DNA from: Octopus sinensis
Taxonomy: Eukaryota
Length of the DNA: 64,000 nt
Direction: 5' to 3'
Assembly: GCF_006345805.1 (NCBI RefSeq)
Contig: NC_043014.1
Location: forward strand, 37,014,001-37,078,000
The notes below the pieces were generated by a model, which worked only from the letters and a program-made list of their open reading frames with translations, was not told where the DNA came from and searched no databases. Of the stretch, positions 13,780 to 27,317 are shown piece by piece. Position numbers and translations under genes: made by a program. Within the stretch, counting starts at the first letter, position 1; the number at the start of each line of letters is the position of its first letter.

Positions 13780-14090
13780 CTTCAGAAATTACAGCAAAAA
13801 CGAAAAAAAAAAATTTCCAACTATTTTCTACAAACGTCTCATATAAATTCAAATTCAGCTATTTTCTACAAACGTCTCATAAAACTGGCTTTGATAAATA
13901 TATCTAAAAAGAAAATAGTAAACAAACCTAGTATTGGATCGTTAACTCTTTTATGTCGTTTGTCGCTGTTAACTTTTTAAATCTCAGCTGGAGTAGCGAA
14001 TCTCTCTGAATGTGAATAGTTATTACAGCTTTAGTACGTGGCTCTTCGCGATCCACCACTCATCTTTTGGAACCAAGAGCCACGTGTATC
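13780..14090 (-). promoter_or_regulatory. Candidate non-coding first exon / promoter region of TRIQK
   Basis: Minus-strand donor GAAG|GTATGA at 13780/13779. Unique, CpG-retaining sequence with TCGCGA (14046-14051) and CACGTG motifs. TRIQK exon 9761-9670 has an acceptor upstream of its ATG, so a 5' UTR exon is required. The 5' boundary is a guess. Confidence 0.4.
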
Positions 14091-16859
14091 TTAACTTTTG
14101 TACAAGAACGTATGTGTGTGTATGTGTGTGTGTCAGTTACCCAGACATAATACACTTCAATTTAATTTTGAAATATTAGCGATTTTCTTTTCTTTTAGTA
14201 TTGTAATATAGAAAAATTGATATAGTATCGGTTTAAATTGAGTTGGAAGTAATTAAGATCTTTCAGGGATTGTTAAGGGCATTGGGGATAAAAATTAAGA
14301 TTAAAACCAAACGAGACTCTTCGTAATCGCTACACCTGTTAAGAACAGTAGTTTGGTTTCAGCTAATACTCTACACTAGCTGGAACGTTTTCGATCATAG
14401 GTTTTCTCGATAGAGTATGAACTGAAGCTAAACAACTGAATGAGGGAACCTACAAAGGTTCATTTGATCTGCTAGAAACAGTAGTAAAATCTTCCTTAAA
14501 CTACACCCTTCCGTATTAAAATATAAAAGATACATCAAATAATGTAATTCCAAATACACTATATAGATGAAGAAAAGATAAGATGGTCACATTTGCAACG
14601 CTTTTCATCAAAGGGCTGCTCAAGCAGGGCTGACCTACAGATAAACAACCGGGACTCGGGGATCAGCTGACGAGGAACCGAATTCCACAACATTTATTGC
14701 ACAATGTAAACATGAAATAAAGCAAACAAGAGAAAATGATTCTTAGAGTTTCAGAAGTCCAATAATTAAACGTTACTAAAATGTAATCAAAGTAACATTT
14801 TTAAGAAACTGAACAAGCATGTTAAATTTAATTTTTAACCGTATTCTTTGAGATTATGTATAAATAATAATATAATGAAATATTTAGATATTCTCTCCAT
14901 CGATTTCTCAAATATCCAAATTTTATTCCAAATATTAAAGCTAAAACTTGAATATTTAATGGAATACAACTCATATAAAAGGGAAATTGGATATAACACA
15001 CATACATATGCATAAAATGTGATGTGATGTGATGTGCCTTCAAATATTAGATACATCAAGAAAACTTGCCACGTATATAAAATATAAAAATAATAGAGTA
15101 GTTATACACAGAAAGCTGCGGAGAAATTTTTAAAATCACGCACTACAACTCTAATGAAAAGGGGCGAGTGTAGTTCACAAATAAATCAATAGTGATAAAT
15201 GAATCGTATAATTAATTACCTTTTTTTTTTTTAATTATTGTCAAGTAGGTAAAAAAAAATCTAAAGGAGAAGGGAAATCACTCTGATAGTTTTGGAAAGG
15301 ATAGGGTAAGTTAACGAATCACTTAAGAAATTAAGGAATCATGCATTCACATTCCTGTGTCAGAAGAAAAAAAAATTATCATTGAAACAGATTCTTTATA
15401 ATTTCATTTTTAAAACTGGCCTTTGTCAATTCTAAGTATGGCTGGGTGGTTAAGATGATTGCTTTGCAGTCACTTTGTTTTATGACTAGTTCTACTGCGC
15501 CGCACCTTGGACCGACTAGTGTCTTGTGAGTGAATTTCGTAGACGGAAATTGAATGGAAGCCCGTCATTTGCTTACGTTTTCGGTAGCTTAGCTGTTTGG
15601 CCAAAGACCGACAGAAAGTACTGGGGTCGATTTGTTCGACTAAACCCTTCTCAAACAATGCCCAAGTATGGCTACAGTCCAATGACTGAAACAAGTAAAA
15701 GATACAAGATTGCGTGGTAAGTAGCTTGCTAACCAACCACATGGTTCCGGGTTCAGTCCCACTGCGTGGCATCTTGGGCAAGTGTCTTCTGCTATAGCCT
15801 CGGGCCGACCAATGCCTTGTGAGTGGATTTGGTAGACGGAAACTGAAAGAAGCCTGTCGTATATATGTATATATATATGTATGTGTGTGTATATGTTTGC
15901 GTGTCTGTGTTTGTCCCCCCCCACCATCGCTTGACAACCGATGCTAGTGTGTTTACGTCCCCGTCACTTAGCGGTTCGGCAAAAGAGACCGATAGAATAA
16001 GTACTGGGCTTACAAAGAATAAGTCCCGGGGTCGAGTTGCTCGATTAAAGGCGGTGCTCCAGCATGGCCGCAGTCAAATGACTGAAACAAGTAAAAGAGT
16101 AAAAGTATATGACACTTTGGGTAAGTGTCTTCTACTATAGCTTCGGGCCGACAAAAGCCTTGTGAATGGATTTGGTAGGTGGAAACTGAAAGAAGCCTGT
16201 CGTGTATATATATGTGTGTGTGTGTCTGTATTTGTCCCCCCATCATCGCTTGACAACCGATGTTGGTGTGTTTACGTCCCCGTAACGTTAGCGGTTCGGC
16301 AAAAACAAACCGATAGAATAAATCTTGGTGTCGATTTGCTCGACTAAATGCGGTGCTCCAGCATGGCCGCAGTCAAATGACTGACACAAAATTTAAAAAA
16401 TACAACGATTGAGAAGATCTAAACAGGAATGTCATGGACCTTCTCAATATTTTTACATTGACTCCAGTATCCAACTGGTACTTATTTTATGACCCCGGAA
16501 GAGATAAAAGGCAAAGTCGACTGCGGCAACATTTGATAAGCCGAAGTAATACTGGTTTCAATTTTTGGTACAAGGCCAGCAATTTCGAGAGAGGGGTAAG
16601 TCCATTACATGGATCCCAGGACACAAGTGGTATCTATTTTTTTCGACCCCGAAAGGATGAAAAGCAAACTTGACCTCGGCGGAATTTGAACTCAGAACGA
16701 CGAACGGACGAAATACTGCTAACGATTCGGCTAGCTCGCTACCTTAAGCCAAAGTAATGATATAATACATGTAACTTACAAAGTAGATATACACACAAGG
16801 CTGGTTTAGCTATTTCTCCATAAATTGAAAAAATTATGAACGACTTTCGATATTTTTTT

Positions 16860-16899
16860 CTGTATACAGACAGACAGATAGATAGATAGATAGATAGAC

Positions 16900-16932
<33 letters not shown>

Positions 16933-16937
16933 CAGAT

Positions 16938-16999
<62 letters not shown>

Positions 17000-17008
17000 G
17001 ATAGATAG
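16860..17008. repeat. (GACA)n/(GATA)n microsatellite
   Basis: Direct inspection. Confidence 0.95.
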
Positions 17009-18245
17009 AAACAGAAAAAAAGTAACACATACTACAAGTTTAGCATAAGGTACGTCAGGACATGCAACTATAAGTACCAGTATACGTACACAAAGCTAAA
17101 ACACAGGTCTGCACATGCATCGCCTCCCAAACACTTGCATAAATACATACAAACATGCTCAGCTTCCCTATCGACGTTTTTGAGATTCTAATCAAAGACG
17201 CTTGGGTCCAGGTTAGAAACTTGTTCTTTCTCTTTAAAAATAAAACTAAATAATCCTCTCCGCTATAGGCACATTGCCTGAAATTTAGAGAAGAGGCTAA
17301 ATCGCTTACAACGACTCCAGAACTCAACTAGTACTTATTTCATTGACTTGGAAAGGATAAAAGGCAATGCCGACCTCGGGGAAATTTGAACTCAGAACGT
17401 AAAGGCGGACGAAATGCCGCTAAGAATTTTTGTTCAACGAGCTAACGAGTCTACCAGCTTACGTACATATATTGCTCGTTCGAGTTTTTTGTGTTTTCAA
17501 TCATCAGTCAGTCGTTTATCCTCCAATGATCAGAACCTCAAACGAGAAACGATTCATGAAGTACTAATTTGCAAAAGAATAAAATATATCACTCTACTTT
17601 GAATATTGAGTACTCTTTCTCTTTCTTCATCATACATGTTTTCACACGTATTCACAATCATGCATATATACATATGTGTGTACTATGTATGTATGTATGC
17701 ATGTATCAGATAATACAAAAAATATATGCCGAAAAATATTTCTATCACTTCCCCTAAAAATCCTCTAAAATCTGCCTTTAGTTTACCTTAAGATATGCCA
17801 GGCACACCAGGAGAATAAAATTGCTTAAAGTTCAAAGAATGTGTCTTTTAAACATAGAATAAATAATTTCGATCTCATTTCTATTTTCAGTAAAAGATAA
17901 ACTGAAGAACAGGATTGCTGTTTCACTAACTAAAACCGAAACCTTTTATGAATTTTAATCCATTCATTTATATATTTCAGTGGACTTATAATCACTTCCA
18001 CGCCCCCTCGCTAAAAATATAGTCTGACAGAAAAAAAAAATAATAATAATAAAGAAACGTAGATAAAAAAAAAACAACACTAAGTGAAACTTACACAGTA
18101 AAAGAGAGTATACGTAAATCTGTAGTTAACACGCACCTGATGTATCTATGACAACAAATCCTAGGGAAGAACTATGAACTCATAGAGTTACGGGACCTTA
18201 ATCTGAATCTCCTGTCAGCAGAAGTGGCTTCGATAAAGTACGGCG

Positions 18246-18897
18246 ATGGCCGAGTAAGTGATTATATTTTGTTAAACATTTTATAGTATCTTCATTTTAT
18301 GTACATATATTTATATATATATATATATTTTATTATTATATGGCGGTTGTTAATATAGAATAGTGTTTTATTCTTAATGTTGGGATAGGAAAGCATAATC
18401 TTATAACCCAATTTAGACAAACATACCTGTGATTAGAACAATGTTTATTACACCTGTGTAGAATAGTTTTGTTATTTTTCGAAACGTAGTTAGCTTAGGC
18501 TTCAGTTTGAGACCAACACCAAAGATTATGTATATATTTAAATATATTGGTAAAAACGGTAAGATAACAAAAGAAAGAAAGAGACCTCAATATTATGTAA
18601 ATAGAGGAAATTTATCTATAAAATAATATGTACAACTATCTTGACTATTGAATAATTGTACATTTTATTTTATAGATATATTTAAATATATATATATATT
18701 ATATTATATATCAAGCAAAGGTAAAGAAAACGCACACCACCCGTTATATAAATATATAATATAATATTCAACAATTCTTTCTCACTTGAACCGCTGTGGC
18801 GGAAAATTTTTTCTTGAATTTTTTGCTACCCTTATATTGATATATATATATAATATATATTGTATTATATCTATAATATATAAATTATATATTATAT

Positions 18898-18928
<31 letters not shown>

Positions 18929-19014
18929 TATATATATATATATAATACTGTAATTGTTCCATTGTTGTTGTTTTTTTTGTTTCCCGTTGGATTAAATATA
19001 TATATATATATATA

Positions 19015-19046
<32 letters not shown>

Positions 19047-19789
19047 GTGATATATATATATATATATAAATATATATGTATTATATATATGATATATATA
19101 TATATATATAAATATATATGTATATATATAAATATATATATATTATATATATATATAAATATTATGTATATATATAAGATATATGTATATATATAAATAT
19201 ATATATTATATATGTTAATATATAATATATATATATATGTAATATATAAATATAATATATATATATAAATATATATATATGTATATATATAATATATATA
19301 TAATATATATATTATATATAAAATATATTATATATATAAAGATATATATATATAAATATATGTATATATAAAAATATATGTATATATATAAATAATGTAT
19401 ATATATAAATATATATAATATAATATATAATATACTTAAATATTATATAACATATAAATATATATATACATATAAATATTATATATAAATATATAATATA
19501 TATAAATATAATACCTATATAATTAATATATATATATATATAAATAATATATAAATATAATATATATATAATATATATATATATCTAAATATATATATAT
19601 ATATAATATAATATAAAATATTAGATAAATATATATAAATATATATATATAAATATATATATAGATAAATATATATAATATAATATTATATTATAATATA
19701 TATATAGTATATAATTATATTATATATATATAATATCTATATATATATATAAATATATATATAGTATTATAAATATATAAAATGTATAT

Positions 19790-19824
<35 letters not shown>

Positions 19825-20438
19825 ATATATATATATATATATAATATATATATATATATATAATATATATATATATATATAAATATATATATATATAAAT
19901 TATATATATATATATATATATATACTAAATCAAATATAAACTAAATCAAATCAAATCATATATAGATATATAATATATATATATATATAGATAAATACTA
20001 AATCAAATATAAACTAAATCAATCAAATCATATATAATATGTATATATAGTAAATTCTATATATATATAAATATATACGAAATCAATATAAACTAAATCA
20101 AATCAATCATATATATATATGTATATATATAAATATATATATATATATAAATATATACTAAATCAAATTAAACTAATCAAATCAATCATATATATATGTA
20201 TATATATAAATATATATGTATATATGTACCAATTACTGGAGTCATCTTGTTGCTTATTTTTGATTATAATCACCCCGCAAGTTTTTATGGATAACACCAT
20301 ACAAAATTCTGGTGCATCTAAATTAATACCATATTCATTTGAATCTAAATTGTTGCTGAACTTTTATATATATATATATATTATATATATATATATATGT
20401 TATATATATATATGATATATATTTATATAATATTATAT

Positions 20439-20469
<31 letters not shown>

Positions 20470-20698
20470 GTTATATATGTATATAATATTTATAATATAT
20501 ATATGATATATATATATATGTATATATAATATATATGTTATATGTATATATATATATATGTATATGTATATATTATATATGTATGTATATTATATATATG
20601 TAGATATATATATATATATTATATATAATATGTATATATATTATATATATATATGTATATTATATATATATATATGTATTATATATATATATAATATG

Positions 20699-20731
<33 letters not shown>

Positions 20732-20743
20732 TATATATATATG

Positions 20744-20828
<85 letters not shown>

Positions 20829-20875
20829 GTATATATAATTATATATATATATATATCTAGTATATATATAATATA

Positions 20876-20920
<45 letters not shown>

Positions 20921-22273
20921 TATGTGTGTGTATCATGTATCAGATAATACAAAAAATATGCCGAAAAATATTTCTATCACTTCCCCTAAAATCTGCCTTT
21001 AGTTTACCAGGCATACCAGGAGAATAAGATATAAATATGATATTTTAATTATATCATTTAATTCATTTACTGAAATGGATCGAACGTATTTTGATGATTC
21101 AGTGTGACAAAATACCACCCCACCTAAACATAAAGGCGTTTGTCGATAATTCTGTGTTGTTTTTAGATTAAATTACGATACTAAAATTTGTTGTGACATT
21201 CTTCGAGTTTCCTCTGTTTACCACCAGAGGGCTTCTAACATGGCTGTCTAGCATAATTGTTTGGGTTTCCCTGAACATCAAGTCGTTGAGAAACCACCGA
21301 TGGCTTTTGGCTGTCATATTCAAATCAGCGTGGTGGAGTTTGTCCTTCTTCAAGATTAATTTGTAGAAAGAATTTGTATCAGACGTGCGAACTGACAAAC
21401 ACGAGTCAATGGATGAGTTGCTATTTCAGAGCTTATATTTCTCGCCGAGGTTGACTTTGCCTTTCATCCTCTCGGGGTCGATAAATTACGTACCAGTTAC
21501 GCACTGGGGTCGATGGAATCGACTTAATCGCTTTGTCTGTCCTTGTTTGTCCCCTCTGTGTTTAGCCCCTTGTGGGTAGTAAGGAAATATATTTCTCTGA
21601 ATTTACAACCGGATAGTGTTTTTATTAGTATCAGGACGTTGACTGCTATTGACTGAATTAGAAAATATAAACAGGAACCAAGATAAAATTGAGACTCGAA
21701 CGTCATTAAATTTTCTAAGGAAACAAACAATACTGCTTCAGATCTATTTAAATGATACATTTAACAATATTGTTTGCTTGGAAGTTGCGCTGAGAATGCT
21801 ATTTTTCGAGAGTTTCCATGCGGGTTTCTTGCTTCGTCGCCTGTACAAGAATCTGGCGGGGTTACTGTTGTATCGGATCAAAACTATAACGGTTGTTATT
21901 AATTTAAATATAAATATTTGAAGTACCGGTGCTTGTTTCTTTAGAGAATTTGATGACGTTCGTTTTGGTATTGTACTGTTATTCTAGTTTGTATTTACTT
22001 ACCGAACATGGCATACATGTGGTGTACGCACGTGCAGGCCACACACATACGTATATGTGTACGTACGTGTGTATGTTTGTACATACCTGCGAACGTACAT
22101 AGAAGCCCGTAGTATACACGCACGCACACGTTCTTTTGTTTCAGTCATTTGTAAACACACTAACATCGGTTTTCAAGCGATGATGGGAGTCAAACAGACA
22201 CACACAAGCAGTTTTTTTGTTGTTTTACTTCTTTCAGACATGCCACTGATGCCATACACACACACATATGTAA

Positions 22274-22327
<54 letters not shown>

Positions 22328-23162
22328 TGTATATATATTTATATACACACACATATATGTAATATATATATATATATATACACACACAGCACACATAGAA
22401 TATATATATAATATATATACTCACACATTATGTATATATATATACACACTCATATATGTATATATATATATACACACACACATCTATGTAATATATATAT
22501 ATTATATACACACACACATATATATGTATATATATAATATATATACACACATATATGTATATAATATATATATACACACACATATATGTATTATTATATA
22601 TATATATTACCCACACATATATGTATATATATATATATATAAATATACACATATATGTATATATATATATACACACATATATGTATATATATCTATACAC
22701 ACACACATATATATATATATACACATATATATTATATATATTATACACATATATATGTCTATATATATACACTTGCGTCAGAAATAATTAGCACTTCTCA
22801 AATTGCTACATTAATAGGTTAAATCAATTAACCTTATGAGCTGTCTCAAAACGTCTTACGCGATGAGAAAACTTAGTATGGTGTGATTTCGGTCCTTCGA
22901 AGGCGCTACATATATCTATTAAACAAAGGAATATTTGTCTGCATCCGCACTCCAATTTGTTGCACTGCTATGTCACATCATAAGGCTGTAGACTCTCAAA
23001 CTGCTCTGCAAACAAAGTTACGTCATCGTTCTGCGCAACAGTGAACTCGCAACAAAGCAATAGTTCGAGATATGGCCACTAGGTGACAGCACATCCTTGA
23101 GTGAAGAGCAAATCAAGGGTGCTAATTAATTTCTGACGGTAGTGTATACACACATATATATG

Positions 23163-23194
<32 letters not shown>

Positions 23195-25552
23195 TGTATA
23201 TATATATACATATATATATATACACATATATATATATACACATATATATGTATATATACATATATACAAATATATATATAAATATACATATGTATATATA
23301 TACAGGCACAGGAGTGGCTGTGTGGTAAGTAGCTTGCTAACCAACCACATGGTTCCGGGTTCAGTTCCACTGCGTGGCATCTTGGGCAAGTGTCTTCTGC
23401 CTTGTGAGTGGATTTGGTAGACGGAAACTGAAAGAAGCCTGTCGTATATATGTATGTGTGTGTGTTTGTCCCCCTAGCATTGCTTGACAACCGATGCTGG
23501 TGTGTTTACGTCCCCGTCACTTAGCGGTTCGGCAAAAGAGACCGATAGAATAAGTCCCAGGGTCGATTTGCTCGACTATATATATATACATATACATCTA
23601 TATAAAATCAAAATAAGCAACAGGGATATCCAGAGATAATGCAGCATGATCATTTCATGCAATTCCATTTAATAGAACAATGCAATCATTACATCAATTT
23701 AAAAGCAGAGCAATCCTCAGCTGTTCAAAAATTTAATTAAATTAAAACAGATGGATACATTAGTATAATTTTGCCTAAAATCTCCAAGAAGTTAAGGCGA
23801 TAGACAAAGAACATGCTGCCTTCACTCCAGCATAGAAGCTACTAAGAATCAAGAAGATATACATTGTTACAGTTTCTCTGCCTGTCACTGATTTTTTGTT
23901 GTTATGGGGGTCAGTTTTAATTTATAGACTAGTTTATCAAATCCTTGTATATCTAAGGCTGGGAGAACAAAGGGGCAGTATCTGTTAGGGGTAGGTTCTG
24001 AGGGAGCAGACAGAAATCATAGTTGGTATAGTCATAAAAATCAAGATTTATTTGAAGCAGTATCATGAGGTTTGGTAATGGAAAACCTTAAAGCAAGATG
24101 TTAGCTGACAATTAAGTGGGTTGCCCACTAGCAGTCATTGATAATCAAACAAGGGAAGTCTTATCATGTAGTCCTATAGTTAAAATATTTTAAACAATGT
24201 TGCTTTATTGTATAGTTAAAGTTTAGGATTATTAAGAAAAATATTATAACAAAAGGATAGAAATTTTTGAATACTTCAGAGTATATACTCTAAAGTATTC
24301 AAAAATTATAAATCATATATTAGAGCTTGCGTCCACTCTAGTAGAGTCTTCAGATTGAATTTTTTCAGGAGATTCGTCTCTTTTTATAGTATTATTGTGT
24401 AGGGGTGGAGAGAGATATAGAATAGTAAAAGAGGGTGAGGTATAGGGAGAAAGTGCATGTGCTTGTCTTTGTATCTGAAAGAGGTGTCAATGGAAAAGAA
24501 GGAAAGGAAGAGAAGAAGTATAGAAGTAAACACATTTTTTCTTCTTTCTCTCTTCCTTCTTCTCTTTTCCATTGCACTTCTTTCAGATACAAAGGCACAC
24601 ACACACACACACTCTCTCTCTCACTTTCTCCCCATTCCTCACCCTCTTTTACTATCCTATATCTCTCTCCACCCCTACACACTCAGTGATACAATAAAAA
24701 GAGACAAATCTGAAAAAATTCAATCTGAAGACTCCACTAGAGTGGACGCAAGCACTAATATATGATTTATAAAATCATGTAACATATTCATAAATATGTG
24801 TATAAATATATATATATATACGTATAGATATGTGTGTATGTGTATATATATATATTTACATATAGATATATGTGTATATATATATATTTATGTATAGATA
24901 TATGTTTGTATATATATATGTATATATACATATAGATTATGTTATACATAATACATCATATCTATGTTTGTATATATATAATTATCCACGTTAATTACTA
25001 AGAGTATATCTATTTTAATTAGTTAATTAAATAATTGTTAATACAATGCATTTAGTAAAAAATGCTTCTTCAGGGATTCCGGCAAAATTCTTAGTTACAT
25101 CATTTAAAAATATTTATATACTAAATCATTAAAATCGTTATTACTATTATGAACACTAAAAAATATAAAAAAGAAAACAAAAATTTGTTTTCTTTTTTTT
25201 TTTAGCATTCATAATAGTAATAACGATTTTAATGAAGAAGCATTTTTAACTAAATGCATTGTATTGACAATTATTTATTTATTTAATTAGCTAATTAAAA
25301 TAGATATACTCTTAGTAATTAAGCAGAAACATGTCAGAAAATCATTTATTTATATGGATAAATAAATAAAGGATTATTATATCTGCTTCAATTGTCTACC
25401 TTCTTACATTTTGTCGGGACTACATTAAGTATTTGAACTGGAAATATTACTATATGTGGTCAGAACCAAATTCGAGACTGAATTGAATTCTACCTGACTT
25501 TTCTCCCTACTTTGTTATATATACACATACATACATATACACACAACACCAC

Positions 25553-25598
<46 letters not shown>

Positions 25599-25693
25599 CA
25601 CATATATCCTATATATATATATATATATATATTTTATATATATATATATAATATATATATATATATATTATATATATATATTATATATATATA

Positions 25694-25727
<34 letters not shown>

Positions 25728-25788
25728 ATATATATTATATATCATATAATATATCGACTATTTTATAATATATATATATATATTATTT

Positions 25789-25822
<34 letters not shown>

Positions 25823-26050
25823 ATTTTTATATATATATATACATATATAATATATATATATATATCTATCTATATATATTTTATATATATATATTTTATA
25901 TATATCTATATATATATTTTTTATATATATCTATATATATATATATATTATATATTTTATATCTATATATTTTTATATATATATATATATTTTTTATATA
26001 TATTTTATATATATCTATATATTTTTATATCTATTTTATATATAATATAT

Positions 26051-26083
<33 letters not shown>

Positions 26084-26159
26084 TTTTTATATATAATCTA
26101 TAATATAATATATTAATATATATATTTTATATATATTATATATATATTTTATATATATA

Positions 26160-26192
<33 letters not shown>

Positions 26193-26997
26193 TATATATA
26201 TTATCTATATATATTTTATATATATATATATAATCTATATTATATTTTATATATATATTATATATATTCTATTTTATATATATTATATATCTATATATAA
26301 TATATATATTTTTATATATATATATATATATTTTATATATATATATATATTATATTTTATATATATATATATATATTATATATTATATATATGATATTTT
26401 ATATATAGCTATATATTTATATATATATTATATATCTATATTTTTTCTATATATATATATTATTTTTTATATATATATCTATTATCTATATATATTTATA
26501 TATTATAATATTTATATTATATATATATTATATATATATATAATTTTATATATATATATATTATTATATTTTATATATATATAATATATCTATATATATT
26601 TTATATATATATATATATATATTATATTTTATATATATTTTATATATATATATATATATATTATATTTTATATATATATCATATATATATATATAATTAT
26701 ATATTATATTTTATATATATATATTATATATATATATTTTTAATTAATATTATTAATATTTTATATATATATTATAATATATATTTTATATATATTATTT
26801 TATATATATATATATTATATTAATATTTTATATATATCTATATAATATATTATATTTTATATCTAATCTAATATATTATATATATATATTTTATATATAT
26901 ATATATATAATTATAGATTTATATCTAAATATATTATACATTTTATATATATATATCATATATATATTATATATATATATTTTTATATATATATATA

Positions 26998-27037
<40 letters not shown>

Positions 27038-27270
27038 TATATTTTATATATATATAATTATATTTTATATATATATATATATATATTTGTAATAGATATA
27101 TATATATATATATAATTTATTATATATATATTTTATATCTAATATAATATATTTTATATATATATATATATCTATTTTAATATATATATATAATAATATA
27201 TATTTATATTATATATATATATAATTATATATATATATTTTTATATATATATATTATATTATTATATATA

Positions 27271-27317
<47 letters not shown>

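Noticed and set aside
14655-14695. CTGACGAGGAACCGAATTCC hammerhead-like motif
   Set aside because: Lacks the GAAA core and stems I/III. At most a remnant.
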